Notes: generated by a model not told the origin, from the letters alone. Shown: positions 12,301-25,728, counted from the first letter of the stretch. The stretch: DNA of 64,000 nt from Hormiphora californensis (GCA_020137815.1 CM035358.1:1798001-1862000), one strand, 5' to 3'. Made by a program: numbers and translations.

Positions 12301-15300
12301 AGTACTGAAAGTTCTCGATTATCAGTCTCTGTTCTCACGGAGAGTTCCGTGGCATTCGACGACAAGAATCAAGGAGCTGTTGGGGTGAGTTGAATTTTAT
12401 CTATCTGTGTAAAAGTGCCAGATTTTTGCCTCTCCTTCCTTGCTGTTATGACCGGTTATGAATTTAGGAATACACTTCCGTTATCTTTATTCCCTACCCC
12501 GCATGCAGCACTTTGGAATACTTCCAAATTTCAACATTCTCCCCTCTCTCCACAGAACAACCAGAAGAGTCAGGAGAGAGACGAAGAGGAGGAGAAGAGA
12601 ACAGCAGAGGTGATCCTCAACTCAGGATCTCTTAAAGCCAACATGTGCATCATGGAGAGGGTGGTTACTAGGAACATCTACCAGGCCAAACAGGCCCTGT
12701 ATCGGGGTATGAAGATATTACCTGATCCTGATCTACCCAATGATATGGTAGGTGGTAGTAGTGCATGACTTGGTACCACTTGTGACCACCTACAGTTGTG
12801 CCTTACTTAGTAGGTAGTTAGTATGGGGTACCTTGGATTTGCACTTTGTACGTGACATTGGAATGCTGAAATTCGGCGGGGATACAGTTTTCAATAGTCT
12901 CCAAATTTCCAATTTATCTACAGGAGGAAGCAGACTTGTCAGTCCTTGGACCCAACATAGAGCGGCTATGGACGTATGGTGGTAGTTTGACAAAGTCCTA
13001 TAACATCAGTTGTATGACCTGGAACAAGAAGAATCCTGATATCCTGGCAGTGGGTTATGGAGAATACGGGTTTACCAACCAGAAATCAGGTAACTTGAGA
13101 GAGATTTTAGTTTCAACAAATCTGAATCACTCGTTTGCCCCCCGGAACTTCTCTACATCTAAGAAGATAGGACTAAATATTCCAAAATGTAAAATTTAGG
13201 AAAGGTGATAAATTTATCAAGGTAGGGCGGCCGCGGCATTCATGTGTGAAATTAGCGGTAACTTCACCCAGTACCCAATGGTACTATAACCCATGGTAAC
13301 TTCATGCTCCTAGAGGCATAACTGATTTCGTTACTACCGAGATTATCGATTTCTCTCTTTTCAAAATAAGGGAAGTTATTTTATCTCAAACTCTAGAGAA
13401 CGTACTTCACCAGGTGCCGGCCCGATACTAATATTACTGCCGGTACGGTACCAATAGTTGCCTTTGTCGGAGCTACTACAAGGCACTGTATGAAATGACA
13501 AGTGCCAAGAGACCATCCATTATAGTATTATCTCGCTCCAATCCATTACCCCTTCCTTCTATATCCACCAGGAATGGCATGTTGTTGGTCCATCAAGAAC
13601 CCAGAGTTCCCTGAGCGAGTTTTCAAAGTTAACTCGGGTGTAACAGCCCTGGACTTCTCTAAACAGAACCCCAACCTTCTCGCTGTGGGAATGTACAATG
13701 GAACAATCGCTGTGTATAATGTGAGATCGAACGCACAGACCCCCGTAAGTACTGACATGGCAATCTGCGATATTAACGCTGTGTTCTCAGAAGCCATTCG
13801 CGAGTTTGTCAGTTCCCATCCAACAACCCCAGAGTTTTAATTTTACTAATTTGTCGTCTCGACGTCTCCCAAGCTAACATGTGTTCCTGCAGATCCTTGA
13901 TTCCAACGAGACTCCCAGTAACCATCTTGGTCCAGTTTGGGAGATCAAGTGGATTGAGAGGGAGTACCATGCCGGGGAGGAGAGGACCGAGAATATCATT
14001 ACCACCAGTACTGACGGGAAAGTTACCCAGTGGATGATTAGAAAGGGATTCGAGAGTGTTGGTGAGTTACAGATATGTTATGGGGTGTTGCAGCACTCGT
14101 GTTATTCGGGCTAGAAACCTCCCGTTTTTTAGTAAAATCCACTCCAAGCTCTAAATTATTTACCGAGCTATTAGAATTGTCTCTTTATTTTCACCCAGGG
14201 GACATCGGAATATTCTTTTTCTACCTTTTCCTCCATCCTTCCCTAGTGTCTGTTTCTAGATCGAACTCGATCTAGCCTGTAATTCCTCTTTCCCTACATC
14301 TCCCAAACCTTCTGAAACTGTTTCTATAACACCAACTCCGGGAGCTAACTGTCAGCGCGATGCCTGGCCACTCTCCTAGCTCCGATCACAGGAGCGAAGC
14401 ATGTGAGAAAGGGTTAGCGCGATGCCTGATAGAAAGCTAACGTTTGTACATTAACTCACCCCTCCACTCCCACTAGATTTGATGAAGTTGAAACGAGTGG
14501 GTAAGAAGATGACTGTTCCTGAGCAGGAGCAACAGCAACAAAAGGAGCAGGAACAACAGGGAGGCCAGGACAGTAAATCTCAGCAACAGAAACTCAGAGG
14601 AGAAGCCTTCATCTCACGAAATGCAGGTAAAACAATCAGTGTTTTAGAACTGAACTGAACTGAACTGAACTGAACTGAACTGAACTGAACTGAACTGAAC
14701 TGAACTGAACTGAACTGAACTGAACTGAACTGAACTGAACTGAACTGAACTGAACTGAACTAAACTAAACTATGGGATTCAGTCTGATACTTAAACTTTT
14801 AGTCTGAACACAAAGCGTGTCCCTTGATTAACATTCCAAAGCTCCCAATTTCCCATCCTTACCTTAATTCTCCCTGATCAGGTGGTCTCGGGTTTGATTT
14901 CTTCCCCACCAACAACAATATCTACCTGGTGGCTACAGAGGAAGGATTTGTTCACAAGTGTAGCTGTAGCTACAACGAACAGTACCTGCAAAGTTACACT
15001 GGCCATACTGGTGAGTGGGGAAGTTGGAGAAGGGAGGTCTGAAGTCTGAGTCTAGAGCCTGATGGGCTAGGAGTATTATCGTGTGGTTTGTTTGAAGTAC
15101 GACACATCTTCCTCTCCAACAGGTCCTGTGTACAAAGTGAAATGGTCTCCATTTGTCCCCGATTGTTTCCTGACCTGTTCCTCCGATTGGACGATCCGTT
15201 TATGGCATAGTGACGTCACAAAGCCCATCCTCACCTTTGTCTCCTCTACAAAGTCCGTGAACGACATCTGCTGGAGCAATGTGTGTGCCACTGTGTTCGG

Positions 15301-15747
15301 GGCAGTCAGTGATAATAGGATTGAGATTTGGGATCTGAGGAGTACTAATTTGGATCCCGTTATTATTTCAAATGTATCTGATCCGGATGTGAGGCTTTCT
15401 ACATTCCTTTTCACTGATGTAAGTTAGTTACTCAACTAGTTGACAAAGTCCTTGATGTAATGGTCTTGTAACTCGAGACCACCCTCAAAATCGAGAACTA
15501 AATTATTTTTTTCGTTACTTTACTTCTGTCATTTTAATTCAATTGCTCATGTTTGACCGACACCCTCTTTCCATTTCAGAATTCCAGCACGCTGCTGGTG
15601 GGTGACAGCACAGGTCACGTGACTGTATACCAACTAAGGAACATTGCTGAGCCATCAACCACACACATCATGGCACTCCGTGATATTGTGCTACCCATGC
15701 CATCAGGACAGAGTCTGACACACTCAAATGCCAGTATTACCAGGTGA
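9391..15747 (+). CDS. DNAI4: Axonemal dynein intermediate chain WDR78/DNAI4, ~15 exons (span)
   Basis: Spliced peptides VFDEDGNDVTPAPL, LSETDTIFLLDI, ATTWDMYDTY, MERVVTRNIYQAKQALYRG, SCMTWNKKNPDILAVGYG, CCWSIKNPEFPER, IYLVATEEGFVHKCSCSYNEQYLQSYTGHTGPVYKVKWSPF, FLTCSSDWTIRLW; GT-AG junctions. Confidence 0.9.
14647..14771. repeat. (GAACT)n pentanucleotide microsatellite
   Basis: Perfect array decaying to TAAAC. Confidence 0.95.
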
Positions 15748-15785
15748 GAATTGCAGTCACTAGATTAGTTGGTTTTGGTCTGAAA

Positions 15786-15873
15786 CTGTCTGGCGCCGCG
15801 ACCCATCTGAGCGCTGTGCACTGTCGCGCGCTCAGATTAGAGAATCAAATGGGGTATGGGCGCCGCCATACAG
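15786..15873. mobile_element. Tiny MITE (CTGTCTGGCG...CGCCATACAG family), copy 1
   Basis: Terminal inverted repeat; closely similar to 32205-32278. Confidence 0.75.
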
Positions 15874-16695
15874 TGGCAAACTGAAGTTATAGGGCAACTT
15901 ATTGAATACAATCCTTTTAGTAACGGTCCTAAACTAAATTGATTATTTAATTAACACAACTTCATTTCAGTAACGGACCGGAACGTTGATGCGTTTGGTG
16001 TGGATATAGGATAGCCCCATCAAAACTCCAACCACTACCCAAACCACCTTGGCCTCTTCCTCCGCTCTCTCTGATGATGGTGATGATGATGATGGTGGTT
16101 TTGGGTGGTGAAGTAACAGAGACAATGGGGGTGAAGGGATGTGGGCAGCACGGTGTAGTTTGCGTTACAGACATCAAAGGATTGTTTCTATTCCGAATTT
16201 CAGATTCAGAAACTTTCTATGAAAATGTTTTTATAAGCAATCACTACGGCACTGTGCTGCCCACAGCCTAGTCCAACCTGTATTCACACGTGTGTATCAA
16301 AGATTTTACAAGATAGAAACAGTAGTAGCATGAGTAATCTCTCTCTTTCGGTGTCTATATCATAGTGTGTAATATTGTAAAAAACCTATTTTTTAGTTTT
16401 GTTAGATTCTTGTTTTCAATTTGTTTCCAACGGCGCGGATTATATCGGTGACGGAAATCGTCAAACATAACAAGTTCGTCACACATGCCCCGTGGTGTTC
16501 ATGTGTGTATGTAACGGTACGCAGATAAACATGCTGACGTCACGAGAGGGTCACGTGATCAACTGCATACGTCACGTGACACGCGATGTGTCTGTGTAAT
16601 GTTGTTGTAACCACAATTCACCACCATAGTGCCTCTACAGCTGTGCCGTGTGTGGTGCTTGTTGGATATCAGTTGCTCTGAGATTAAGTTGTTTT

Positions 16696-18429
16696 GGGGG
16701 GGTGCCGGCCAATAATTAATGAGGATGAGGTCTTGTCCAGCGTTTTTCGAATTAATGAGGCCCCTCAAAAATCCTCAAAAATCCTCAATAATCCTCAATA
16801 ATCCTCAACAATTATTTTATAGTTTTTACAAAAATTTTGACGATTACGCATATTATTGGGCATACACATTCCTTAATAGGAGTAAAACAGTTAGACAATT
16901 TTCCCAGATACCCTGGTGATGGTCCTAAAAACATCCTCAAAAGTCCTCAAAATGAGGCGAAATCGTCAATGTAAATATGGGGTAAATTTGTGCTGCCTGT
17001 GCAGTGTGCTGCCTCCACTCTGACGCGTGAGGCCCGGGTTCGATTCCCGACCGGGCCCGGGTGGGGACACTTTTTTTTAAAACTTTTAAAAACTTTATAA
17101 ACGATTTCTAAAAATTTTCTAGACATTTATCTTACCAGGCAGCAAAATCTTTGATTTTTGGGACAATGTTGACAGCATATTTGACTGAAAATCGTATTTA
17201 TCTAAAATTTGGAAAATCTGGGCACCGGGGTCTTTTCAAGCATGTGAAGTTAATAACTTTGCTAAAAGAAAGCAGTGCTTCAAGTGTGGGACTGTGGGAA
17301 GCCAAAGAGCACAGGCAAGAGCACTTGAATTGATAATCAGTGCATTTTATCATTTAATTTATCTATATTATAAAGCAGAGAACCTTGCAAGACAAAATTT
17401 GGGAGAGGGGGTTTTTAGGGCTTGCACGTGGAAAATTGATGTGTTGTTAGGGGTGTTTGGTGGGGGGTTTGGGGAGTTGCCATGATGGTGGGCAAGAGTT
17501 TAATACTGCACGTGCATGTTGTTGGGTGTTTTATTGCGTGTTCCTGTCGTGTTTTGTGGTGCTTGGCCATCTACTGCTGCGGCCCCGATGAATGCCACAG
17601 CTTTTCTACCAACGTATCCCAGCTTTAATAACTCTACACAGCTCCAGTTCTACGGATCTTTATCACCTGATTCCAGCTTCCATTATATTCACCAGCCCGA
17701 TATGAGGGGGAGAGAGAGGGAGAGAGAGAGAGAGAGGGGGAGAGATAGAGAGAGAGAGAGAGAGAGAGATAGAGAGAGAGAGATAGAGAAAGAGAGGGGG
17801 AGGGAATGATGGGGTTAGAGGGATAAAGAGAAAAGGGGATAGATGAAGACTATCCATTGGAGAGGGGACAGGGAAAGAGACGGAGACGGAGAGGGGGAGA
17901 GAGAGACATAGAGACCGGGGGGGGGGGGGGGGGGGGGGAGGGGGGTTGTTGTAGGACTCCAACTGGCTGTAAGGGGATTATGGGGTGAGTTAGTCAACAT
18001 AGCCCGGGGGCGGGGGAGGGAGGGTGCTGAATAATATGGGACGAGAGCAGTCAATAGATATTGAGAGGATTCGAAAGGGGTGGGAGGATTCAGTAGGGGG
18101 CGAGAGGAGTTTTGGGTTTTTTGCCTGGGCTCTCTAGTACCTCTAAAATATAGTCTATTATTGATTGGAGTGGGGGCCACTGGGTGACCTCCAAACTGGT
18201 CTCGCGTGGTGATCATGATGCCGCGGACGGTGAAACCAGCCCCTCAAGGTTGGCACAGTAGTCTATTATTGTTTTTTATCAGGCATTTGCTGTGTTTATG
18301 TTTAAATAGAACGAAAAATTTTTGAGGATTTTTGAGGATTTTTGAGGGCTTGTCCAGCAAATAATAAATGAGGATTTTTGAGGTGACCTCAAAAATCCTC
18401 ATATCATAAATTCCGGCCGGAACCCCCCC
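16696..18429. mobile_element. Non-autonomous TIR element, 8-9 bp TSD (MULE/Merlin-like termini)
   Basis: TIR GGGGGGGTGCCGGCC / GGCCGGAACCCCCCC; TSD GTTGTTTT(G) at 16688 and 18430; subterminal ATCCTCA/TGAGGAT motif arrays; no transposase ORF. Confidence 0.85.
16991..17078 (+). pseudogene. Degenerate tRNA-derived (SINE-head-like) sequence
   Basis: T-arm/B-box GGCCCGGGTTCGATTCCCGA, weak upstream A-box, T8 run downstream; no complete cloverleaf. Confidence 0.5.
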
Positions 18430-18457
18430 GTTGTTTTGAGAATAACATGAATAAGAT

Positions 18458-18544
18458 CTGTCTGGCGGCGCCGACCCGAGCTGAGTGCACTTTTAGAATC
18501 AAAACGCCCAAACGCGAACGGGATCTATAGCGGCGCCAGACAAA
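18458..18544. mobile_element. Tiny MITE (CTGTCTGGCG family), copy 2
   Basis: CTGTCTGGCGGCG...CGCCAGACA; 8-bp direct repeat AATAAGAT on both sides. Confidence 0.75.
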
Positions 18545-18723
18545 AATAAGATGCAATTCCTAATTTCTGGTGTTGGCAAAATGGCCCCTTTGCTCAAGTT
18601 GAATGGCGACGTAAATTGTTTGTCCTCATTCCTGACAACTTTGCCTGTTAAATGCTAATAGCTCTCTGCCTCTAAGTATCTAATACCTCCTTCCCTTGTT
18701 CAAGAGTTAGTGGTTGGAACAAA

Positions 18724-21700
18724 ATGAAGGGTTGGTCGGTGATTCTTCTCCTGGTCGCCCTGGTGGCTGGAGATGTGTATCTTCATGGACCTAGGGGCAG
18801 TAACAATCGGCTCAACGAGAGAGGCAGGGAACGAGCTAATGCTAATAGGTACACAGTTTTAGGGGATTTCGGCTCACCTGCGCTCACCTAGGCGCTGTGA
18901 GTTACTGAGTTAGAGTTAACGGAAGAAAACGGGGGAAGGTCGGCGTTCGAAAGCATCTGTGCTCACACCGCATTTTATTTCATAGTGATGGTTAGGTAGA
19001 TCGACAATTTATTTTACCTCTCTTCCTTCCCAGATTGTTTGACTCGCAGAACAACAACAGGGGAGGATATAACCAGGGATCTTTGGTGTACTACGAGGGC
19101 TCGATCGTTAACATTGAATGGTATGTTACTTCAGGGATCGATCGCCCCTGTCTAATGTATTGTCCCTAAGCTTACAGACCAAGACCCCTTTTCGGGAAAC
19201 GGGGCAAACTAAAACCCCCACCTGCTCTTCCCTGCTCATCCCTGCTCATTTTGTCACAAGACAAACTAAACTTGCCTCCCAGTTCCCACCCGCCCCTAAA
19301 TCCCCTTCATTTTCCCAGGACCAACCAGCACTCATGTGGCGATCCCAACAACCACTGTGAGATTATCATCCAGTACATGTGTGGAGAGTACACAAGGGAT
19401 GGAACTACCACCCGAACTATTCCTGAGAGGAGGGATCAGTGCGAGGATTGGAATTGTGATACTGATCTCGAGTGAGTTGGAGAAAACTCAGCGCTATATT
19501 CAGCGCTGTTATCATTTGCAATCATTCAAATTGAACAACTTATTCATTGAAGTATGTAAAATTGAGAGCAGCCTCTCGAAAGTCAGAGACATCGTTCAAT
19601 AGATATGTCTTCAAGGTTATCATGCTACGGCAGTGCAGGTGCTGTGTTTGTTTTATGGGTGTGTGACTACCATCACATCCTTGTGATCAACCAGCTTCTT
19701 CTCCTCTTCTTACACATACACCGCCACATACAGTGCTGCAGAAATAAACAATCTCTTCTGCTGCATATATATCAGTCTTTCACTCCCTCTCTCCGGCTCC
19801 CACTCAACCAGATTATATTTCTCTTCCGTAGTCACTCACTCCACAATTATGGGTCAAATTCGAAAGCGAACCTACCATTTTCAAAAATCAGCCCACTTTA
19901 CCACTAAAAGCTCCTTCTTCACAGGATAAGTATCGGATAATTGTTTATGAGCCGCATGATAATTGTTTGTTGGGATGATATCTCCTTCCGGCTTCAATCA
20001 ATCAGGACAAAATGAAAAGCGGTGTTTTTATTAACGAACAGTTTCGATGTTGGAGTCACCACACACCAACGTTAAAATTAAAATTAAAATTTGACGTTTT
20101 TGGCCATAACTCTGTCATTTCTTGGTAAAATTGCTTCATTTTGGGCTTGTTGAAAAGAGGGCATCGAGCCCGTTCTGAACAGCCCAAGAAACTTGAAATC
20201 CGCGCAAAGTGCGCGGCGTTACAGTGCAAAATGTGTGCGTTAAAATTTTAAAATTTTAACGTGCGCATTATGCGCCTTAACGCCGTGCACTTTGCGCCGA
20301 TTTTAAGTTTCTTGAGCTCTTCAGAACGGGCTCGATACCCTCTTTCCAACCAGCCCAAAATGAAGCAATTTTGCCAAGAAATTGCAGAGTTATGACCAAA
20401 AACGTCAAATTTTAATTTTAATTTTAACGTTGGTGTGTGGTGACCCTTACAACATCTTCCTCAGCCTACAAAATTTGGAAAATTGGTTAAAATCAAATCA
20501 CATAGCTGTACACACACTGCAATACTAATATAAGACTAAAACTAAAGTACTAAATAACTAAATAACTAAATAACTAAATAAATAACTAAATAACTAAAAT
20601 GGGTGGCTAATAACAAAATCTAATAATCTAAGTCTACAAATCTAAATATCTAAAATACCAAATAATGATAACTACTCAACATCTCAAAACCTAGACTTAG
20701 ATTATTAGATTTTGTTATTAGCCACCCATTTTAGTTATTTAGTTATTTATTTAGTTATTTAGTTATTTAGTTATTTAGTACTTTAGTTTTAGTCTTATAT
20801 TAGTATTGCAGTGTGTGTACAGCTATGTGATTTGATTTTAACCAATTTTCCAAATTTTGTAGGCTGAGGAAGATGTTGTAACATCGAAACTGTTCGTTAA
20901 TAAAAACACCGCTTTTCATTTTGTCCTGATTGATTGAAGCCGGAAGGAGATATCATCCCAACAAACAAAGCTCCTTCTTCCATCAGGTTTGGTATGCACG
21001 AGAACTACGCCTACTACAGGAACTGTAAGAACAGGGATAGGAACCAGGGCCTATTCACAGCTGACCAGGTAAAGTCCCAACCTATAACAGGCTACTTAAT
21101 CCCATCCTAGCTAAACTAGGGCGGGACTTGTTAGAAATTTATAAATTTATTGATCCCATAGACACGACAACCCGCACAGCCCATTCCCAATGTGCCCTGA
21201 ACACACAACCTTTCTTTTAATCACCCTTCTCCCTCTCAGAACCTGAACAGGGATGATGCCAGGTCCACGAGACAGAACCCCAACGGACAAAGACGAGGCT
21301 ACGAATGTCCTGAGGAGCGGGATTACTACCCCTACTGGAGTCCCACACCTTGGATGGTAGGAAGAGTTGGGGGCTGTGGGGTCGGGGTGGGGAGGGGTGC
21401 AGTGGGGAGAGAGGGGTGTGAGGGGTGTGGGAGGAGAGAAATTACTACCCCTACTGGAGTCCCACACCTTGGATGGTAAGAAGAGTTGGGGGGCTGTGGG
21501 GGGGGGGGGGGCTGTGGGGAGAGAGGGGTGTGGGGGTGTGAGGGGTGTGGGATTACTACCCCTACTGGAGTCCCACACCTTGGATGGTAGGAAGAGTTGG
21601 GGGCTGTGGGGGAGGGGGTGGGGAGGGGGCAGTGGGGAGAGAGGGGTGTGGGAGGAGAGGGAGGAGCGGGATTACTACCCCTACTGGAGTCCCACACCTT

Positions 21701-24700
21701 GGATGGTAGGAAGAGTTGGGGGCTGTGGGGGAGGGGGTGGGGAGGGGGCAGTGGGGAGAGAGGGGTGTGAGGGGTGTGGGAGGAGCGGGATTACTACCCC
21801 TACTGGAGTCCCACACCTTGGATGGTAAGAAGAGTTGGGGGCTGTGGGGGAGGGGGTGGGGAGGGGGTGGGGAGGGGGGCAGTGGGGAGAGAGGGGTGTG
21901 AGGGGGGTGTGAGGGGTGTGGGAGGAGAGGGATTACTACCCCTACTGGAGTCCCACACCTTGGATGGTATAGGCCTATAAACTAGCTTGTTCAATAGTTG
22001 GACCTTCACTTGAATAACTTGGTCATGAAACAAGATCGTGTTTTACTTTTTAAAAAGTTGTTTCAAATTCTTGATTTCCACATCATAACGATTCTCTCCC
22101 ATGATTTAGGATATCGCAATTATTTCCAACAATGCCTCTGTTGCTCGTTGTGAATACTACAAGACGAACAGCGAGAACGTCCTGGGACGGTTTTACTGTA
22201 AATACCCGGATGTCTATTTCCTTAATAAGGAGATTACCAACAGGGGAATCAAGGACATTCCCATTACAAAGGCTGCATGTGAGGTAAAAATTTGAGGGGG
22301 GGGGGGGCTCAACAAGTTGGGTATTGTTATGATTACGAAATAACCCTTCTAACGTCACCTGGCAAGGGAGGGGTTGCTTCGTTACCAAGGTATTATATGG
22401 GTCTAGTAGCTCTACTAAAACTGGGTCAAACGAGGTAAAACTAGGTTGCAATATACAACTAGATGTGAATTAAAACTAACATCTCGTTAAGGCTACCAAT
22501 CTGGGAACCGATGGAAATGGAAACGCGTACGAATCACCCGTGTGGGTTCAAGCAGACCCCTTCGGTATCCCTGCACCGGAGTGTATCGATGCTGACTGGT
22601 CCAGGGATAACCACAATGGTAATGGAATTGATGGGTTCCCTCTCAGTTTCAATTGGACTGTCCCATCTCACACCATTAGTGATAACTGTGCTCTTCGACT
22701 GAGGTGAGAGATGAGATATTTAGCTTCCCCCAAGACATTATGACCGATATAGTTGCTCAATCCTCCATGAATCAACTCACTGCTCAGGTACAACATCACT
22801 ACCGGTGAATTTGCTGAGGGTGGTTTTGATCCCGCTATTAACGATGACCTAAATGGAAACCAAGCCACTGACCTTGATGTTGCTACCCAATTTGGTCTGA
22901 CAGCTACTGAGGGAGAGGACAGGGGATATGTCTTCGAGGGAAACCCCCAGGTTGGCATTTTGTCTATTTATTAGTCGACCCCACCATTCCCAATACATTC
23001 ATGCTTCTATATCTTGAACAGCTGCTTGTGTTTCATCTTGTTATGCCAACCAAATCACAACAATATCCCGGTATAATATTTCCACGCCAGGTCGAGGTGT
23101 TTGCTGACTCAGATGTCGACATGCAGTTGGCCATCAACACTGCTCAATACGGGCGGACCTTCCAGGACAGGACTCACGTGTTTGCAATCAGGAAGAAGCC
23201 CGAGGATGTGGTTGAGGGACAGAACATTTACAACTTAAATGTAGGTGCAGGGTGTCGCTAAAAACTAGTAACATTTAAAACTTAAATGTAGGTACAGGGT
23301 GTCACTAAAAACTAGTATAGGATGTAGGAGATATGGATGACCAAGTTACTACGGACTGAAATTATATGACACATGAGGTTGCGTATAACATCGTATTACC
23401 ATCCTGTTTTTCAGGTTCGAGGAAAGAGGGGTAATATTGTGCAGACATACCCCGGAGTTGAGTACGATTTCCAGCCTAATCGAGTCCAAATGAAGACTGG
23501 AGATTACATTCACATCCAGTGGACTGGGTCCGATACGAACCCCGGTAATAATGACGGACAGGGACGACAGGGAACTGACAGGAGCAACATGATTCTATTG
23601 AGGAACATCACTTATGATAAGGAGGGTGCTCTCTCTGAGCAGACACACAGTACGTAGAGTGAATGTAAAGGATAAAAGGGTAGAATGTATGATACTATTA
23701 ATAGTAGTAGTATTATCTCTGATCTCTCAATTTGTAACATCCCTCTCTCTCTCTCTCTCTCTTTCTCCAGATATGTCCCAACAAGGTCAGTGGGCCAGTA
23801 ACTACCCGATCTACATTACCAACACAACATCATTCCTTGGTCTTCCCAATGCAGATATCATTGCTGCTGCTTTCATCGAACAAAGTGAGTAACAACCCCC
23901 CTTACCCCAATATGTAACTCTGTAACTCTGAACTCACCGAGCCCAGTTCCCAGTTCTAACCCACACTCCCACCCACTACCCAGTTCTAACCCACTCTCCC
24001 ACTACCCAGTTCCCAGTTCTAACCCACTCTCCCACTACCCAGTTCCCAGTTCTAACCCACACTCCCACCCACTACCCAGTTCTAACCCACTCTCCCACTA
24101 CCCAGTTCCCAGTTCTAACCCACTCTCCCACTGCCCAGTTCCCAGTTCTAACCCACTCTCCCACTACCCAGCCCAGTTCTAACCCACTCTCCCACTACCC
24201 AGCCCAGTTCTAACCCACTCTCCCACTACCCAGCCCAGTTCTAACCCACTCTCCCACTACCCAGTTCCCAGTTCTAACCCACTCTCCCACTACCCAGTTC
24301 CCAGTTCTAACCCACTCCCACCCACTACCCAGCCCAGTTCTAACCTACTCCACCCCACTACCCAGCCCAGTTTGGAGGAGACATGGAGGAGCTTGACGAC
24401 GCTGGAACCTATTACAACATGGGCCTCAGACGAATCACGGACCCCGGTGTCTACAACTATATGTCAACACGAAACAACAACTTTAGTAACAGGTCCCAAA
24501 AGGGAAAGATTGTGATCACCCAGTCACCCTTTGTAGCCAAGAAGGTTGGAGTTGCTGGTGGTGAGGTTGCTCTACCTAATGGGTGAGTTAAATATCAGCC
24601 CTGTAAGTCCATATATATTGAGACGTAGCAGCCCTCTGAAGTAGGAGCGTGACGTGTCCAAATGGAGACGATGAATTCTGATTAGTATACTTCCATATTA

Positions 24701-25728
24701 CCAACTAATCTCCCTACAGTGAGGCCACTCTGGTCCTTGACCCTGCAGCTATTAGTGAAGCGGTCATGTTTTACCTGGAAGCTACAGACGCTACACTGAC
24801 GCAAAACACAGAGGAAGAACAGGCTGCACGAAGAAAGAGGCGTGAGGCAGGTATTGTGCACCATTTTTTCCCACGCTCTGTCGATCTATGACGTCATTGG
24901 TGCGCGCCACGCGCAGACGGATCTCTGAAAATGAACCCGCGCGTGACGAAAACTAATTAACGAAACTGTGACGGGCAGTTCCCGCCAATGTGACCCATGA
25001 TTCTCTCTCGCTGAATTCTCAGGTGATGAAAATGATGTTGATGATGATGTGAAGACTGCCGATGATGCCGAAACGGGAGACAAGGCCTCCTCTATTGTCG
25101 GTGTATTCCCTCTGGATGTCCGAACTGACAAGGCTAAAACTCATCTTGAGATGTTGGTAAGTTAAATCGGAGCGGCAATTCCAAAAACAACTTCCTAAAA
25201 TAACTTCCTAAAATAACTTCTAATCTCATCGTTTTTAGTTCGAGGCAGATGCGGCGGACACGACATTTGTTGCCATGGTATCCGACCAGGGAACCTACGC
25301 TTCACTGCCTCCAGAACGTATTGAGGAAATGGGATCTGGTAAAGCTAAATTCCGGATTTCATCTGGTGGAAAATACCAAGTTTTGAAGTATCCATATGTT
25401 CCTGTTATCATTGCTTTCTGTATTCTGGCTATTGTCTTGGCTGCCCTCTTTATCGGTAAGTTTTGATTTTGGGTTTTTACACTAAACTTTGGGATATGAT
25501 CCACTCAGTAGGCAATTATTAGCAGTTTTCATTGTGATCCATCTTCAATCTTCCATTCATACCCAAAGTACCCTTTCTCTCACCGTGACAAACGCCCACT
25601 ATAATAAGTATCTTCCTTATGGTATAACTTCAAAGTTCAAACCAACCAACCCCCCAGGAATGGCCATCTACTTCAAGCAGAACCCAGACGCCTGGTACAG
25701 GATCAAGAAGAATTTCACCGATGTGTAA
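18724..25728 (+). CDS. DD3-3-family secreted/type-I membrane protein, ~16 exons (span)
   Basis: Signal peptide, then [137 protein letters not shown]; C-terminal TM helix. Confidence 0.88.
20053..20446. mobile_element. Palindromic MITE (PIF/Harbinger-like, TTA site) nested in the Penelope-like remnant
   Basis: Near-perfect ~190-bp arms GTCACCACACACCAACG...CGTTGGTGTGTGGTGACCC; empty site GATGTTACAAC readable from the opposite arm. Confidence 0.8.
20859..20899 (+). ncRNA. Candidate minimal type-I hammerhead ribozyme
   Basis: CTGAGGA - stem II GATGTT/AACATC - GAAAC-T-GTT; stem I imperfect. Confidence 0.55.
21313..21969 (+). repeat. G-rich minisatellite, 6 copies of exon 3' end + splice donor (unit ~111-142 bp)
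   Basis: ATTACTACCCCTACTGGAGTCCCACACCTTGGATG|GTA recurs with GT at 21357, 21476, 21587, 21706, 21825, 21967. Confidence 0.95.
23941..24372 (+). repeat. C-rich minisatellite (~26-32 bp, CCCAGTTCTAACCCACTCTCCCACTA) running into a splice acceptor
   Basis: About 15 tandem units; last unit supplies the acceptor CCCAG|CCCAGTTT at 24365. Confidence 0.92.

Larger units (their letters stand above)
19921..20966. mobile_element. Penelope-like retroelement remnant: inverted pLTR pair + 42-nt tail, 14-bp TSD
   Basis: Arms 19963-20636 (interrupted by a MITE) and 20692-20968 are reverse complements; DR AAAGCTCCTTCTTC at 19907 and 20967; hammerhead core followed by AATAAA. Confidence 0.7.

Noticed and set aside
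21147-22033. Pro/Gly-rich repetitive ORFs; superficially CRISPR-like repeat-spacer pattern
   Set aside because: Spacers are mutually similar G-rich sequence, the repeat is an exon end, the context is eukaryotic and no cas genes are present
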